A stretch of 64,000 bases of DNA from assembly GCA_965262605.1 (NCBI GenBank), contig CBDHFN010000003.1, positions 1,105,416 through 1,169,415 on the forward strand, in the 5' to 3' direction. The DNA comes from Alphaproteobacteria bacterium. GTDB taxonomy: Bacteria > Pseudomonadota > Alphaproteobacteria > JASGCL01. Made by a program: the position numbers and the translations under genes. Of the stretch, positions 9,812 to 19,582 are shown in pieces; positions within the stretch are counted from its first letter, which is position 1, and each line of letters opens with the position of its first letter. The notes under the pieces were generated by a model. It worked only from the letters and a program-made list of their open reading frames with translations. It was not told the DNA's origin and searched no databases.

Positions 9812-10139
9812 TTTCTAAGATTTTCTTGAAATTTTTGACGGGTTTTATGGTTTTTTTCTCGTAATTATGGGTTGAAATTGGCATGATTGTGTCGCCTTGA
9901 GGCGATATTAAAATGAAGAATTCTTCGCCTTCTTTGTCAATGACTATTAATTTTCGCTTGGCATCAAGCATAATTTGGTCGGTGATTTGCAATTTTCCAC
10001 TAAATTTATTGCCAAAAAGCGGATTTTTATATTTTTTTAACAATAAACCCATGCCGTAAATAACCGACAAAACTAAGCCTAGCATTAAAAACATATTAAT
10101 ATATGCGGAATAATCCATGATTGTCTCTCTCTTAATCAA
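9801..10139 (-). CDS. fliO: FliO-like small single-TM protein preceding fliP
   Basis: 112 aa, one N-terminal TM helix, 11-nt overlap with the fliP start. Assignment is by position and architecture only. Confidence 0.5.
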   Translation of the reverse strand: MIKRETIMDYSAYINMFLMLGLVLSVIYGMGLLLKKYKNPLFGNKFSGKLQITDQIMLDAKRKLIVIDKEGEEFFILISPQGDTIMPISTHNYEKKTIKPVKNFKKILENEK

Positions 10140-10219
10140 GCAATACCAATTTTGTATTGCAGTGCGCCCGATTAGTCAAGTAAAAAATTTTAATGTTATA
10201 AATTAACGCGGCGATTTTA

Positions 10220-10405
10220 TTATCGGTATTTTTTAAGCATTTTTTCAATGCTTGGCGCGATTTTCGGCGATTCGCCCAATTGGACTTGGGAATTATAAAA
10301 ATCTGGGTCGTTTTTCATTTTTTGTTCATATGCAATATATGATGGCGATTTTGAAAAATTATCGCGCAAATTTTCATGAATTTTTTTTAATATTTTTAAA
10401 ATCAT
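10220..10405 (-). CDS. hypothetical small basic protein (61 aa)
   Basis: ORF overlaps the stop of the upstream 281-aa gene by 4 nt; no recognisable family. Confidence 0.3.
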   Translation of the reverse strand: MILKILKKIHENLRDNFSKSPSYIAYEQKMKNDPDFYNSQVQLGESPKIAPSIEKMLKKYR

Positions 10406-11247
10406 GGGTTATCCTTTGTATTATTATTTTTGTATATTTTTTCAAAAGCGGTTTTAAAAAAATCTGGGTTTTGTGGAAAATTAGCTTCTGTGTATAAATA
10501 ATATGGCGGATATAATTCCCAAGCTTGAATTTCTGATAATTTAATGACTAGTAAACCTGAATTTACGCCTAAACCATTGTTGCCAAAAAATTTATCATTA
10601 AATAAATCATATAGTTTTTGTGCATCCTTGCTAGTTTTTTTCAATTCAAGATTTGTTTTATCGGCTTCAACTAAAAGATTCTCAATATCTTGATTTGATA
10701 CTATTCCGCCTTCAATCAATATCAAAGTCTGATATTTAATGTTATATTCTGCTAACGCTCCTGTATAAGCTTGATTATCATGATTTTTAAGTTTTATTTT
10801 TAAAAAGGGTAATTTGCGATATGGTGCATTTTTAATTAAATTTATTAAATATTTTTCTTCAATAGTCATTTTTTGCGATGGCAATAAATTATCCCAAATA
10901 TTCATTTTAGTAAAAAACAACATATAAATCAAATAAATGAATATTATAATTAATGGCGCGCCAAACAAATGGGTGAATGTTAACAATATAAAATTAAAGT
11001 TAAAATGAATATCATTATGGCTTAATATTAATTTGTAAATTTCTTTAAATGTCGTAATATCAAAAACTATGACAAAAAACATTATTAAAATATGAATAAA
11101 TACGGAATATACAATTGAATAAATTAGAAATTCATTTAATTCACGATTAAACCAAGACCTTATATATCTGGTAGCACGAAAAGTTATAAAACCCGGCACC
11201 GACAATAAAATTAATAAAAGCATTGTATTGGACGAAAATATTGGCAT
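10402..11247 (-). CDS. hypothetical membrane protein (4 TM plus soluble C-domain), very AT-rich
   Basis: 281 aa, hydrophobic N-half, K/N/I/Y-rich composition; first gene of the ...-fliO-fliP unit. Confidence 0.5.
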   Translation of the reverse strand: MPIFSSNTMLLLILLSVPGFITFRATRYIRSWFNRELNEFLIYSIVYSVFIHILIMFFVIVFDITTFKEIYKLILSHNDIHFNFNFILLTFTHLFGAPLIIIFIYLIYMLFFTKMNIWDNLLPSQKMTIEEKYLINLIKNAPYRKLPFLKIKLKNHDNQAYTGALAEYNIKYQTLILIEGGIVSNQDIENLLVEADKTNLELKKTSKDAQKLYDLFNDKFFGNNGLGVNSGLLVIKLSEIQAWELYPPYYLYTEANFPQNPDFFKTAFEKIYKNNNTKDNP

Positions 11248-11634
11248 AATTATATTATAACAAAAAACTGCGAAAATTGCAAGCGAATTGAATGTGGATA
11301 TTATCCAATTTTAAAATAAACTTTCTTCGTAAAAAGATTTAAAAGCAATTTAGGTAAACGATTCTGCATGCTTATTACTTTGTAGGCAACGGAATAATAG
11401 AGTTTTAAACCAAGCCATTAAATAATCTACGCGACACAAAGCAACTCACCAAGTTCCATGGTTTCAAGGGTGCTGTTAAGAATTATTTTTGCCCCCGCAA
11501 AAGGTTCGCACCAGACGGAATTATAGGCTTGATGGTCAAAATTGCGCAGTAATTCAACCCAATGTTTAAATGGTTCAAGCATAAAGCAATTTTGTTTGGT
11601 ATAAAATTGCCCAAGTTCAATTTTTTCCATAATT

Positions 11635-13191
11635 TCACCAAGTGCTTTGATTTTTAAGAATAATGGGTAATTCATTGGCGATTCGCTGGGTGACAATATC
11701 CCAATTATCCGTGATTTTATCTTGGCGAAATAATTTTAATGAATGATAAAATGGGCTTCTGTTTGAAGTTCCCCAACGCCAATCAGACGAATGACAAACG
11801 GCAATTAAACCCGGCTTGCCAAGCGCGCCCGCAATATGCCCGTTAATATTCGCAATGGACACAACCGCATCCATTGCGTCAATCATTGCGGTTAAGCCAT
11901 CAACATTTTCCCAAATATCAATTTCTTTGATACTATATAAAGTTAAACCTAATTCTTTTTGAATTTCAACGACTTCTTTGTTATTCATCAAATATTGCAC
12001 CGCAATTGGCACGCCCCCCGCATCATAAACAAGCTTGATTAAATCGCGAAGCGACATGTTGCGCCGATAAGCATTAGGTCCAATAGTAGACCAGCTTAAC
12101 CCAACCAAAGGCTTACCGCCACTGGCTTTAAGCATTGCATCGCGAATCGCATTTTTAAGCACAGGGTCTGATTTTAACCATGCTTTGCGTGGGTATATGA
12201 CATTATGCGGGGCTTGGCGCATTAAATCACCCATGGGAACATGGTGCAGGATATTTCGTTCTTTGAGCCAGCTGGCTGGGGGCATGGAATTAAGAACTTC
12301 AATTTGTGGGTAAGTGCGCTTGAAAATTGGTGCCATTTTTAAGCTTGGGGCTAGATAAAGGGGGGTTTTTGCTTTTAGCAATCGGTCAAGATGCGAACAG
12401 AAAATAATCTCATCGCCCAAACCTTGTTCGCGCCAAACAATAAGGGGAGGGCGCGCCTCGTCTGGTTCGTCTTGCGGATACCAATATGCAATATCTTCGT
12501 AAAAATCGGGCGGAGTTTCATGAAAATCAGGGGAACGCCATCGGCATGTATATTGCGCCCAACCTAAATCAAAATCACCACGAAACAAATGCAACATGGA
12601 CATATTGCCCAAAGTACGCCCTTCAAAGGGATTTAATGCCAAAGCCCGCGCGTAAGTTTTTTCAGAATCATCATACCGCAAAAAATCACGATATAATAAC
12701 CCCAAATTGCAACAAGTTGAAAAGCTGTTCGGACCAAATTTTAAGGCATTTTCATAGGCAACTAAGGCTTCGTCATACATTAAATTATTGCGTAATGATA
12801 ACGCATAATGAAACCAAATATCAGGATTCGTGGGAAATCGTTCTACGGCGATTTTGCCCACGGTGATGGCTTCTGATTCTTTTTTATTTTCCCGCAAAAC
12901 ATGAATATAAAACATCAACATTTCAATGGTCATGTTTTGCAACGGCATGAAATTTGACATTACTTCCAATGCTTTTTTTGACTCTTTCTTCGTCATATAT
13001 AATTGCGCAAGATTAGTGCGCGTGGCGTGCGAATCAAATCGCCGTTTTAAAATATCTTCGTATACTGCTTGGGCTTCTTCAAATTTATTTTCCATATGAA
13101 ACCGCACACCGCGTTCATGGTCCTTTACCACATCAGGTGGTATAGGATACGAAGTTGCTGCTTGTAATTTTTTTTCGGTTTTTCCATACAT
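11635..13191 (-). CDS. TPR-repeat plus GT9-like (heptosyltransferase-fold) glycosyltransferase
   Basis: N-terminal TPR repeats; C-half with a G-L-G-D motif (WREQGLGDEIIF) and a GT-B C-lobe pattern (NINGHIAGALGKPGLIAV). Confidence 0.6.
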   Translation of the reverse strand: MYGKTEKKLQAATSYPIPPDVVKDHERGVRFHMENKFEEAQAVYEDILKRRFDSHATRTNLAQLYMTKKESKKALEVMSNFMPLQNMTIEMLMFYIHVLRENKKESEAITVGKIAVERFPTNPDIWFHYALSLRNNLMYDEALVAYENALKFGPNSFSTCCNLGLLYRDFLRYDDSEKTYARALALNPFEGRTLGNMSMLHLFRGDFDLGWAQYTCRWRSPDFHETPPDFYEDIAYWYPQDEPDEARPPLIVWREQGLGDEIIFCSHLDRLLKAKTPLYLAPSLKMAPIFKRTYPQIEVLNSMPPASWLKERNILHHVPMGDLMRQAPHNVIYPRKAWLKSDPVLKNAIRDAMLKASGGKPLVGLSWSTIGPNAYRRNMSLRDLIKLVYDAGGVPIAVQYLMNNKEVVEIQKELGLTLYSIKEIDIWENVDGLTAMIDAMDAVVSIANINGHIAGALGKPGLIAVCHSSDWRWGTSNRSPFYHSLKLFRQDKITDNWDIVTQRIANELPIILKNQSTW

Positions 13192-13256
13192 AATATCAGA
13201 TTAATTTCATAATTCGCAATAAGTGTCAATAGTATTAATAAAATTTACTTTAAATA

Positions 13257-14423
13257 TTATGTTCTTTGAATCGTATAATTGCTTCTGAACGGCAACATGG
13301 TAATATTATCGGCAAATTTGTCAGAAATGTTATTTTGGCAATCTTGATATTGAGGTTTTGATTGAATTGCAAGATGCCAAAAATGTTGAGCAAGAATATC
13401 ATTGCCTTGCCATTGCTTGGCAATCGCGTAGTTATTGTATAAAGCAGCATCAATTTCGTTAGTTAATATCATGTTAAGTTTTTCATTGGCTAAAATCGGC
13501 AATCCCAAATTCAAGTAATTAACACCCATCGCGAAATGCGATAAATAAAATAAATCGCGCTGATAGCCTTGATGCACAAGCTTATCAATATCAGGTATTT
13601 TAGATAATTCATGCAAAATTTCGTTTGATTCGTGAAAATACCCGCAAAACTGCTTAAATGAACTTAAAATCCATAATTGCATCGGTTTAGGAATCATTGA
13701 TTGGCTTAATGTGTTTTTAACTTTATCAAAAGGTAATAATCGGTAATTATGGGTTAAATTACGCTTAATTAACGGAAATTTTGATGAAATTGAGCCGGGT
13801 TGATTGCGATATTCGTATAAAAAATCATCGCAATATGAAATTTTTGCATGATTTAAAATTGCTTGCAATTTAAAAAAATAATCCTCGCCAGAAAGAGAAT
13901 AGGGTGAAAATGGATATTTTCTGGCAAATTCCGTATTAAATCCATGGCAAATGGCGGTCGGTTGCCAATGGCGTTCAAATTCAAAATAAATACCATGGGG
14001 TTGTTTTATAAAATCCGCAATTTTAAAAGCCGAAATTGATTGATTGGCAATATCATTAATGGTAAAATTAGGGTAAATTAAATCGCATTCTTGTTCGGCA
14101 AAGATTTGCAAATAAGTTTCAGCCGCATGGGCGGGTAAAATATCATCACTATCAAGCCACATACCATATTTAGTTTGAATTTGATTAATCGCATATTGCC
14201 GCAAATGCCCCAATGAAACCCGTGTTGGAATTTTTTCAATGGTGCAATTGTGAAAATTACAATCGCGCACGATTTTCAATGTATCATCGGAACTTTGGTC
14301 GTCAATGATTAATATTTTTGCGACATTATTAGCAAAAGCCGATAATATGCTTTCTTTGATGGTTTTTTCGGCATTGCGCGCCACCATACATATCGTCATA
14401 TCATGGTGAATATTTTTCGTCAT
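13257..14423 (-). CDS. family-2 glycosyltransferase with C-terminal extension
   Basis: GT2 N-domain (ICMVARNAEKTI...ILIIDDQSSDDT...DSDD) followed by about 150 aa of helical repeat-like sequence. Confidence 0.7.
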   Translation of the reverse strand: MTKNIHHDMTICMVARNAEKTIKESILSAFANNVAKILIIDDQSSDDTLKIVRDCNFHNCTIEKIPTRVSLGHLRQYAINQIQTKYGMWLDSDDILPAHAAETYLQIFAEQECDLIYPNFTINDIANQSISAFKIADFIKQPHGIYFEFERHWQPTAICHGFNTEFARKYPFSPYSLSGEDYFFKLQAILNHAKISYCDDFLYEYRNQPGSISSKFPLIKRNLTHNYRLLPFDKVKNTLSQSMIPKPMQLWILSSFKQFCGYFHESNEILHELSKIPDIDKLVHQGYQRDLFYLSHFAMGVNYLNLGLPILANEKLNMILTNEIDAALYNNYAIAKQWQGNDILAQHFWHLAIQSKPQYQDCQNNISDKFADNITMLPFRSNYTIQRT

Positions 14424-16504
14424 TCTTTCAAATGCACAAACATGGCGGTAATATCATCGCTTTGGTCGTGTCCATTTACAAATTCTTCAATGGCGTGCAT
14501 CATAAAATTCATATTTTCGGCAACACCTTTGTTAAAATCAGTATTGTTTAGCACATTAAGCACGCGCGCTTCCCCAAATAATTCTTCGTTTTTGTTAAAT
14601 GCCTCGGTTACCCCATCAGTGAATAAGAATAATCGGTCGCCTTTATTAAATGGAATAGTAATTTGGCTATATTCAATGTCTGGCATGATAGCCGTCACTA
14701 AGTCACCCGTTGATTGCAAAAATTCAATATCCTTGCCGTTATTGCGGATAATTGCAGGCGGGTTATGCCCGGCATTACAATATTCAAATGTGCCATTTTT
14801 AAAATCTATAATGCCATAAAATAAGGTGACAAAAAAGTTATCTTGGTTATTCGCGGCTAATAAATTGTTGGATTTTTGCACGGTTTCTGCGGCAGTCGCG
14901 CAATTTTGCGCAAAAACTTGCAGCACGGTTTTAGAAACCATCATAAATAATGCCGATGGCACACCTTTGTCCGAGACATCGCCAACTAAGAATCCTAGGC
15001 GATTATCATCAATCATAAAATAATCATAAAAATCACCACCCACGGCTTTTGAAGGCTTTAACAGAGCTTGTAATTCAATTTTTTCATGGTTAAAGCTTGC
15101 GGCAGGAACATAAGAGAGCTGCACTCTTCTTGCTATATCAAGCTCCTTTTGTATAGCCATAAATCGCGTTTGCGTGGCAAGTGCCTCTTTTAATTCGTCA
15201 ATCACTTCATTTAATTTTGATTGTTTTGATATTAAGCTTGTGCCTAATTTGCGCAAAGTCAAAGCAAGCGAGCCAAGTTCGTTGTTTTTTTGATGGTCAT
15301 CAGGCGAATTAATGTTTTTTTCGTTTAAGTTATGAAAATGAAAACTTAACTCCATTTTATCAGTTTGGTCTAAAACATCGCTTAGCTTGAAAATTTCTTC
15401 CTTAATAATTTTTTCGGTTCTTAATCGTTGCTTGACGCGCGAACGGCGCACTAACCAAAGATCTAAAAGCTGCTCACGCAGAATTTCAATGGCATTAAGC
15501 ATTTTATTAATTTCTGGAGTTTTAATATTACTGGTAATAACATGCGACGCATCGCCCCTTGAAAGATTTTCCAATACATTTGTGCAAATTTCCAAAGGTT
15601 GCAATGATTTATACATAATATATCGGACAAACCAAAGGCATAAAAACATAATTAAGATAAAACTACCAGCATATGTATATTGCAAATATAAAATGTCTTT
15701 GCTATTTTCAGTAGTGTCTTTTAATAAAACTAAATATGTTTTTTGATTGTTAAATACCTTGTCCATGGGAATTGTCGTGGCTGTATAAGTATAATTGCCG
15801 TCTTTTAGGTCAATCAATCGGTGGTCGTTGTCAATTATAATGGAATTGGCAATGTTTTTCCATACTTGCGTATCAATGCCTTCAATAATTCCACCATTGC
15901 GATTAACAATATAAACATGAGATTGCGTTTGATTCGCCAGCAATTCCAAAATGCTAACGACTGATTCCGCAATAACACCAACCCCAACAACTTCATAATT
16001 TTTTTCATTAATTATGGGAAATATATAAGTTAAAAATAAATGGCGGTTTTCATTATAGCCAAAACCATATTCCGCGCTTTTTTGATTGAGAACTTTTTCA
16101 ATTAATTTCTCGCTTACCGGGCTTATCGGGTTAAGATTGGACGAAGAACGATATTCAATTTTTCGTTCCAAATTAAAAATTTCAATGAATTTCTTGCCAT
16201 GGTTCAAATCATTTTCTAATATAGATTTAGAAAATAATTCATTGATTTTTATGCTTTTATTGGTATCAGTATCATTGGTTAGAATTTTAGCAACTTCTTT
16301 ACCTAATTTATTAATAATTTGAATGTTAGCGTCAAGCTTGTTATTGGTAATTCTTCGCCATATTTGATTTTTATCCGAAACTATAGTTTCAGTGAATTTA
16401 TTTTTAAATAAATTTTCTTGGTAATTAAACATCAGATGATTTGCACCACTAAGGCTTATAATCATGAACATAAATACGATAGTGATTTTATTCGTAATGG
16501 TCAT
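14420..16504 (-). CDS. membrane sensor with periplasmic domain, HAMP and C-terminal PP2C (SpoIIE/RsbU-type) serine phosphatase
   Basis: Two TM helices flank a roughly 250-aa periplasmic domain; HAMP-like segment; C-terminal PPM motifs (GDFYDY...VGDVSDKGVPSALFM...FTDGVTEA...DDIT). Confidence 0.75.
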   Translation of the reverse strand: MTITNKITIVFMFMIISLSGANHLMFNYQENLFKNKFTETIVSDKNQIWRRITNNKLDANIQIINKLGKEVAKILTNDTDTNKSIKINELFSKSILENDLNHGKKFIEIFNLERKIEYRSSSNLNPISPVSEKLIEKVLNQKSAEYGFGYNENRHLFLTYIFPIINEKNYEVVGVGVIAESVVSILELLANQTQSHVYIVNRNGGIIEGIDTQVWKNIANSIIIDNDHRLIDLKDGNYTYTATTIPMDKVFNNQKTYLVLLKDTTENSKDILYLQYTYAGSFILIMFLCLWFVRYIMYKSLQPLEICTNVLENLSRGDASHVITSNIKTPEINKMLNAIEILREQLLDLWLVRRSRVKQRLRTEKIIKEEIFKLSDVLDQTDKMELSFHFHNLNEKNINSPDDHQKNNELGSLALTLRKLGTSLISKQSKLNEVIDELKEALATQTRFMAIQKELDIARRVQLSYVPAASFNHEKIELQALLKPSKAVGGDFYDYFMIDDNRLGFLVGDVSDKGVPSALFMMVSKTVLQVFAQNCATAAETVQKSNNLLAANNQDNFFVTLFYGIIDFKNGTFEYCNAGHNPPAIIRNNGKDIEFLQSTGDLVTAIMPDIEYSQITIPFNKGDRLFLFTDGVTEAFNKNEELFGEARVLNVLNNTDFNKGVAENMNFMMHAIEEFVNGHDQSDDITAMFVHLKE

Positions 16505-17514
16505 GGCAAATATCCAACTATCTTAAATTGCTTTAATTGCGTGTATGAAGGATATTCATTCAATGCTTTAACAGCTTTAATATTTAGGGTGGCGAAATAT
16601 TCACTTGGGTTATAAAATTTAATGCTTTGGGGCGGGATTTGCCGAAATAAAATATCTTCGGTAAGTTTGCCCGCCGATTTACCAATACCCGTTAAATTGG
16701 AAACAATGCCAAATAAAGCTTTGCCTTCAAGCAACGGCGTTTCATAGGTGCTGAATACTGGAATTTTTTGTAATGTCGCAAAATGTGTAAATTTTGCTTG
16801 ATTATCAATGATGAATTTATCGGTGCCTAAATAAATTACATCAACATTATTTATTTTTAACTCCTCAAAAATTTGCTCCATTGAAAATAAAGATGGTTTG
16901 CCGTTAATGTCTTGCCCAATTTTTGCCTCATGAAAATTAATATTTTGTTGCCGAAGTTTTGTGATTAATTCGGTTTTATTAAAAACTGAAATAGGGTCAT
17001 TGGGGTTATAAACTACGCCGACTTTGGTAAATTTTTTAAAATCAAATAAACTGCTTAATTGCAAATCAATGGGGGCAAAATTGCTAATTCCAACGATGTT
17101 TCGTTCGGAACTTAAATATGACGCAATAATGCCATACTCCACCGAATAAGGTAAATTTACAAAAATACCGGGAATATTGGTGATAAATTTGTCCGATTGA
17201 TTTTTGTAATCACTAATTGTGCCAAAAATTAATTTAGTCGCCTCCGCACCATTTGTATAAACAAAATCAGGGTTTAAAGATTTGATAATATTAACTAAAT
17301 TTGATGGGTTTTGTTGATAATCTCTTAACGAATATTGCGTAATTTTAGTCGCAATTCTTCGTAAATTTAAGTAATTTTCAAATCCCTTTTCAATATGCGT
17401 GGGTAAGTCTGGAATGACTTGGACGATGATAAATGGATCGTTAATATCGCCTTTTTTTGCCCAAGATAAATTAGGCAAATATACTAACGCAAGAATTAAT
17501 ATAAATTTAAACAT
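16501..17514 (-). CDS. periplasmic binding protein of the ABC_sub_bind/COG2984 family (no cognate permease or ATPase adjacent)
   Basis: Signal peptide MFKFILILALVYLPNLSWA; two-lobed binding-protein pattern. Confidence 0.55.
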   Translation of the reverse strand: MFKFILILALVYLPNLSWAKKGDINDPFIIVQVIPDLPTHIEKGFENYLNLRRIATKITQYSLRDYQQNPSNLVNIIKSLNPDFVYTNGAEATKLIFGTISDYKNQSDKFITNIPGIFVNLPYSVEYGIIASYLSSERNIVGISNFAPIDLQLSSLFDFKKFTKVGVVYNPNDPISVFNKTELITKLRQQNINFHEAKIGQDINGKPSLFSMEQIFEELKINNVDVIYLGTDKFIIDNQAKFTHFATLQKIPVFSTYETPLLEGKALFGIVSNLTGIGKSAGKLTEDILFRQIPPQSIKFYNPSEYFATLNIKAVKALNEYPSYTQLKQFKIVGYLP

Positions 17515-19582
17515 GAGCCACCTTGAAATGCCGATTGGTAAATAATAACCAAATTATCATCATACTTAAACAAATTAATAGGGTAATTAAGAAATTATTA
17601 ATTGTTGCAAAATCATAAAACAGCCCGCTTATTAAAACACAAATGATGGACATGCTATAAAAAGTTTTGGATTTTATGATGACGCATGCTTGGATTTTTT
17701 CTGGATTATCTTTGCATATTTTCATGATGGTTTTATTAAAATCATTGCTTAAAATCGTATAGCTTACGCCCCATAAAAATACAGCATAATAAATATACGA
17801 ATTGTGAAATAAAATTAAAATAATACCAATCATAATTGCCAAAATGCCGATAATAAATCGGTTGGCGTTTTGCAATTTATTCCATGAATTTAAATTTTGT
17901 ATATTTTTGAAACAAGCAAATCCTAAGGCGTATAAGCAAAAACATAAACCGATTTGCGTAAAACTTTGGCTGGTTTTGAATAAATATAACGGCATAAAAA
18001 ACAACATTAATGAATAGCTTATCATCTTAATAGGCATTTCTACGCTTAACAACATAGAATAAATTTGGAATTTTTCATATTTGCTTAAAATATTTTTGGT
18101 GCGCAAAAATATGTTGATATTATTGATTTTGATGGTTGGCAAATCAATAAAAATTAAATAAATAATTGCAAATAAAAATATTCCGCTCATAATAATAAAA
18201 ACACTATTCATGGATATATTATCGGCAATAATTCCCCCCAATAATGGCGAAATAGAAAATGCCATAATAATGTATTTTTTATATGAAAAATTATGGTTAT
18301 ATGGATTAATTTCTGAATTATTAATATATTGCATTATTGTTGAAATAATGATTCCAAAGCTTAAACCCATAAAAACTCTAATCAAGATAATATAAAATAA
18401 ATTATTTGCATAATAAAGAATTACACAAGAAGCAAGCAAGGCGAACAAGGAGCATATTAATATAGATTTTGGCGAATATCGCGCATATAAAATTTGCGTG
18501 TATTGTTGCCCAATAGTTTTCATGATTATGAAACCGATAAACATGATTGCGATTGCGCTGCCTTCATGAATTTGCCAATTTAATTGGCTGGGATTAATTA
18601 TAAATGTTGGCAATATACCAGCCATTAAACCAAAACCTGCAAAAATTAAAAACAATGGAATAATGAAAGTTTCTAATGAAAATAATTTTTCGGGTATTTC
18701 ATGACCAAGCTTGCTTGTTTTAATTTTTTCATTCATCTCGTCAAGTAAATTTGTTAAGGCAATACCCTTTTCGGGATCAATTTGCGATTCAACCGCTTCG
18801 TTAGTTTCTTGAATTATATCAATAAAATATTCATTCTTGTTTTTAACAAATTGATTAATTTGCTGGCTAAATTTACCAATTTCATCGGTTTGATTAATAA
18901 ATAAATATCGCGAATAATTGCCATTTTTTAATCGTTCAATAAAATTCAAAATAAACGAGATATTATTAATAATTTTGGAATTAATTGCCCAAAATGTAAA
19001 GCAAACTGAAAGCCACACGCTGATGAATATAATAAAAATTAACTCAAAACCTATTTGTTCTAAAATATAACTGAAAAAATTATCTTTTAAATAAATTTTA
19101 ACTTCGCCTTCTTTATTTTCGGTGGAATAATAATCAAAAACAAAATTTGGTTTATTTTGAAAATTAAATTGTTCGTTTTTTTGCACGAATTGTTTGATGA
19201 TTTCATCGTCAGCATTCGTGATGGCGATGGCATAAAATGTTGGATTTTTTGCAAAATAATTGATGATTTCTTGGTCAAATCCCTTGATTTTACTGATGTC
19301 AAGCCCGTAATAAGCATATTTTGATATATCATTGGAGATAGCAACCCCAGTAATTTGGGCATTATTTTTGATGGTTGTTTCAATTTGATTGACCACAATT
19401 GTGTATGAAAATAAAAAAACAAGAAATATTAACAGCGTGCAAATTACGGCTAATAAAATCTTGATTTTTTTATATGCGATTGCCAATATATCCCGTGACT
19501 TATCGTCTTTTAAAAAATCAATATCATTTTTGGCAAGCGGTAATAAATTTAAGCCATTTAAAAAAGCATGGAATTTTATCAT
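17507..19582 (-). CDS. membrane protein: sensor-like N-terminus (TM-periplasmic-TM-HAMP) fused to a roughly 12-TM MFS-like transporter domain
   Basis: 691 aa; HAMP-like helix pair after the second TM; C-terminal 400 aa of repeated TM helices with MFS-like loops. Confidence 0.5.
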   Translation of the reverse strand: MIKFHAFLNGLNLLPLAKNDIDFLKDDKSRDILAIAYKKIKILLAVICTLLIFLVFLFSYTIVVNQIETTIKNNAQITGVAISNDISKYAYYGLDISKIKGFDQEIINYFAKNPTFYAIAITNADDEIIKQFVQKNEQFNFQNKPNFVFDYYSTENKEGEVKIYLKDNFFSYILEQIGFELIFIIFISVWLSVCFTFWAINSKIINNISFILNFIERLKNGNYSRYLFINQTDEIGKFSQQINQFVKNKNEYFIDIIQETNEAVESQIDPEKGIALTNLLDEMNEKIKTSKLGHEIPEKLFSLETFIIPLFLIFAGFGLMAGILPTFIINPSQLNWQIHEGSAIAIMFIGFIIMKTIGQQYTQILYARYSPKSILICSLFALLASCVILYYANNLFYIILIRVFMGLSFGIIISTIMQYINNSEINPYNHNFSYKKYIIMAFSISPLLGGIIADNISMNSVFIIMSGIFLFAIIYLIFIDLPTIKINNINIFLRTKNILSKYEKFQIYSMLLSVEMPIKMISYSLMLFFMPLYLFKTSQSFTQIGLCFCLYALGFACFKNIQNLNSWNKLQNANRFIIGILAIMIGIILILFHNSYIYYAVFLWGVSYTILSNDFNKTIMKICKDNPEKIQACVIIKSKTFYSMSIICVLISGLFYDFATINNFLITLLICLSMMIIWLLFTNRHFKVAHV

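Noticed and set aside
11427-11696. 89-aa ORF called as an independent gene
   Set aside because: It overlaps the 3' end of the TPR-GT9 gene by 62 nt on the same strand and has no RBS. It is more likely a frame artefact or frameshifted tail, and is mentioned in the findings instead.
12486-12866. 126-aa plus-strand ORF
   Set aside because: Antisense inside the TPR-GT9 gene; no start context.
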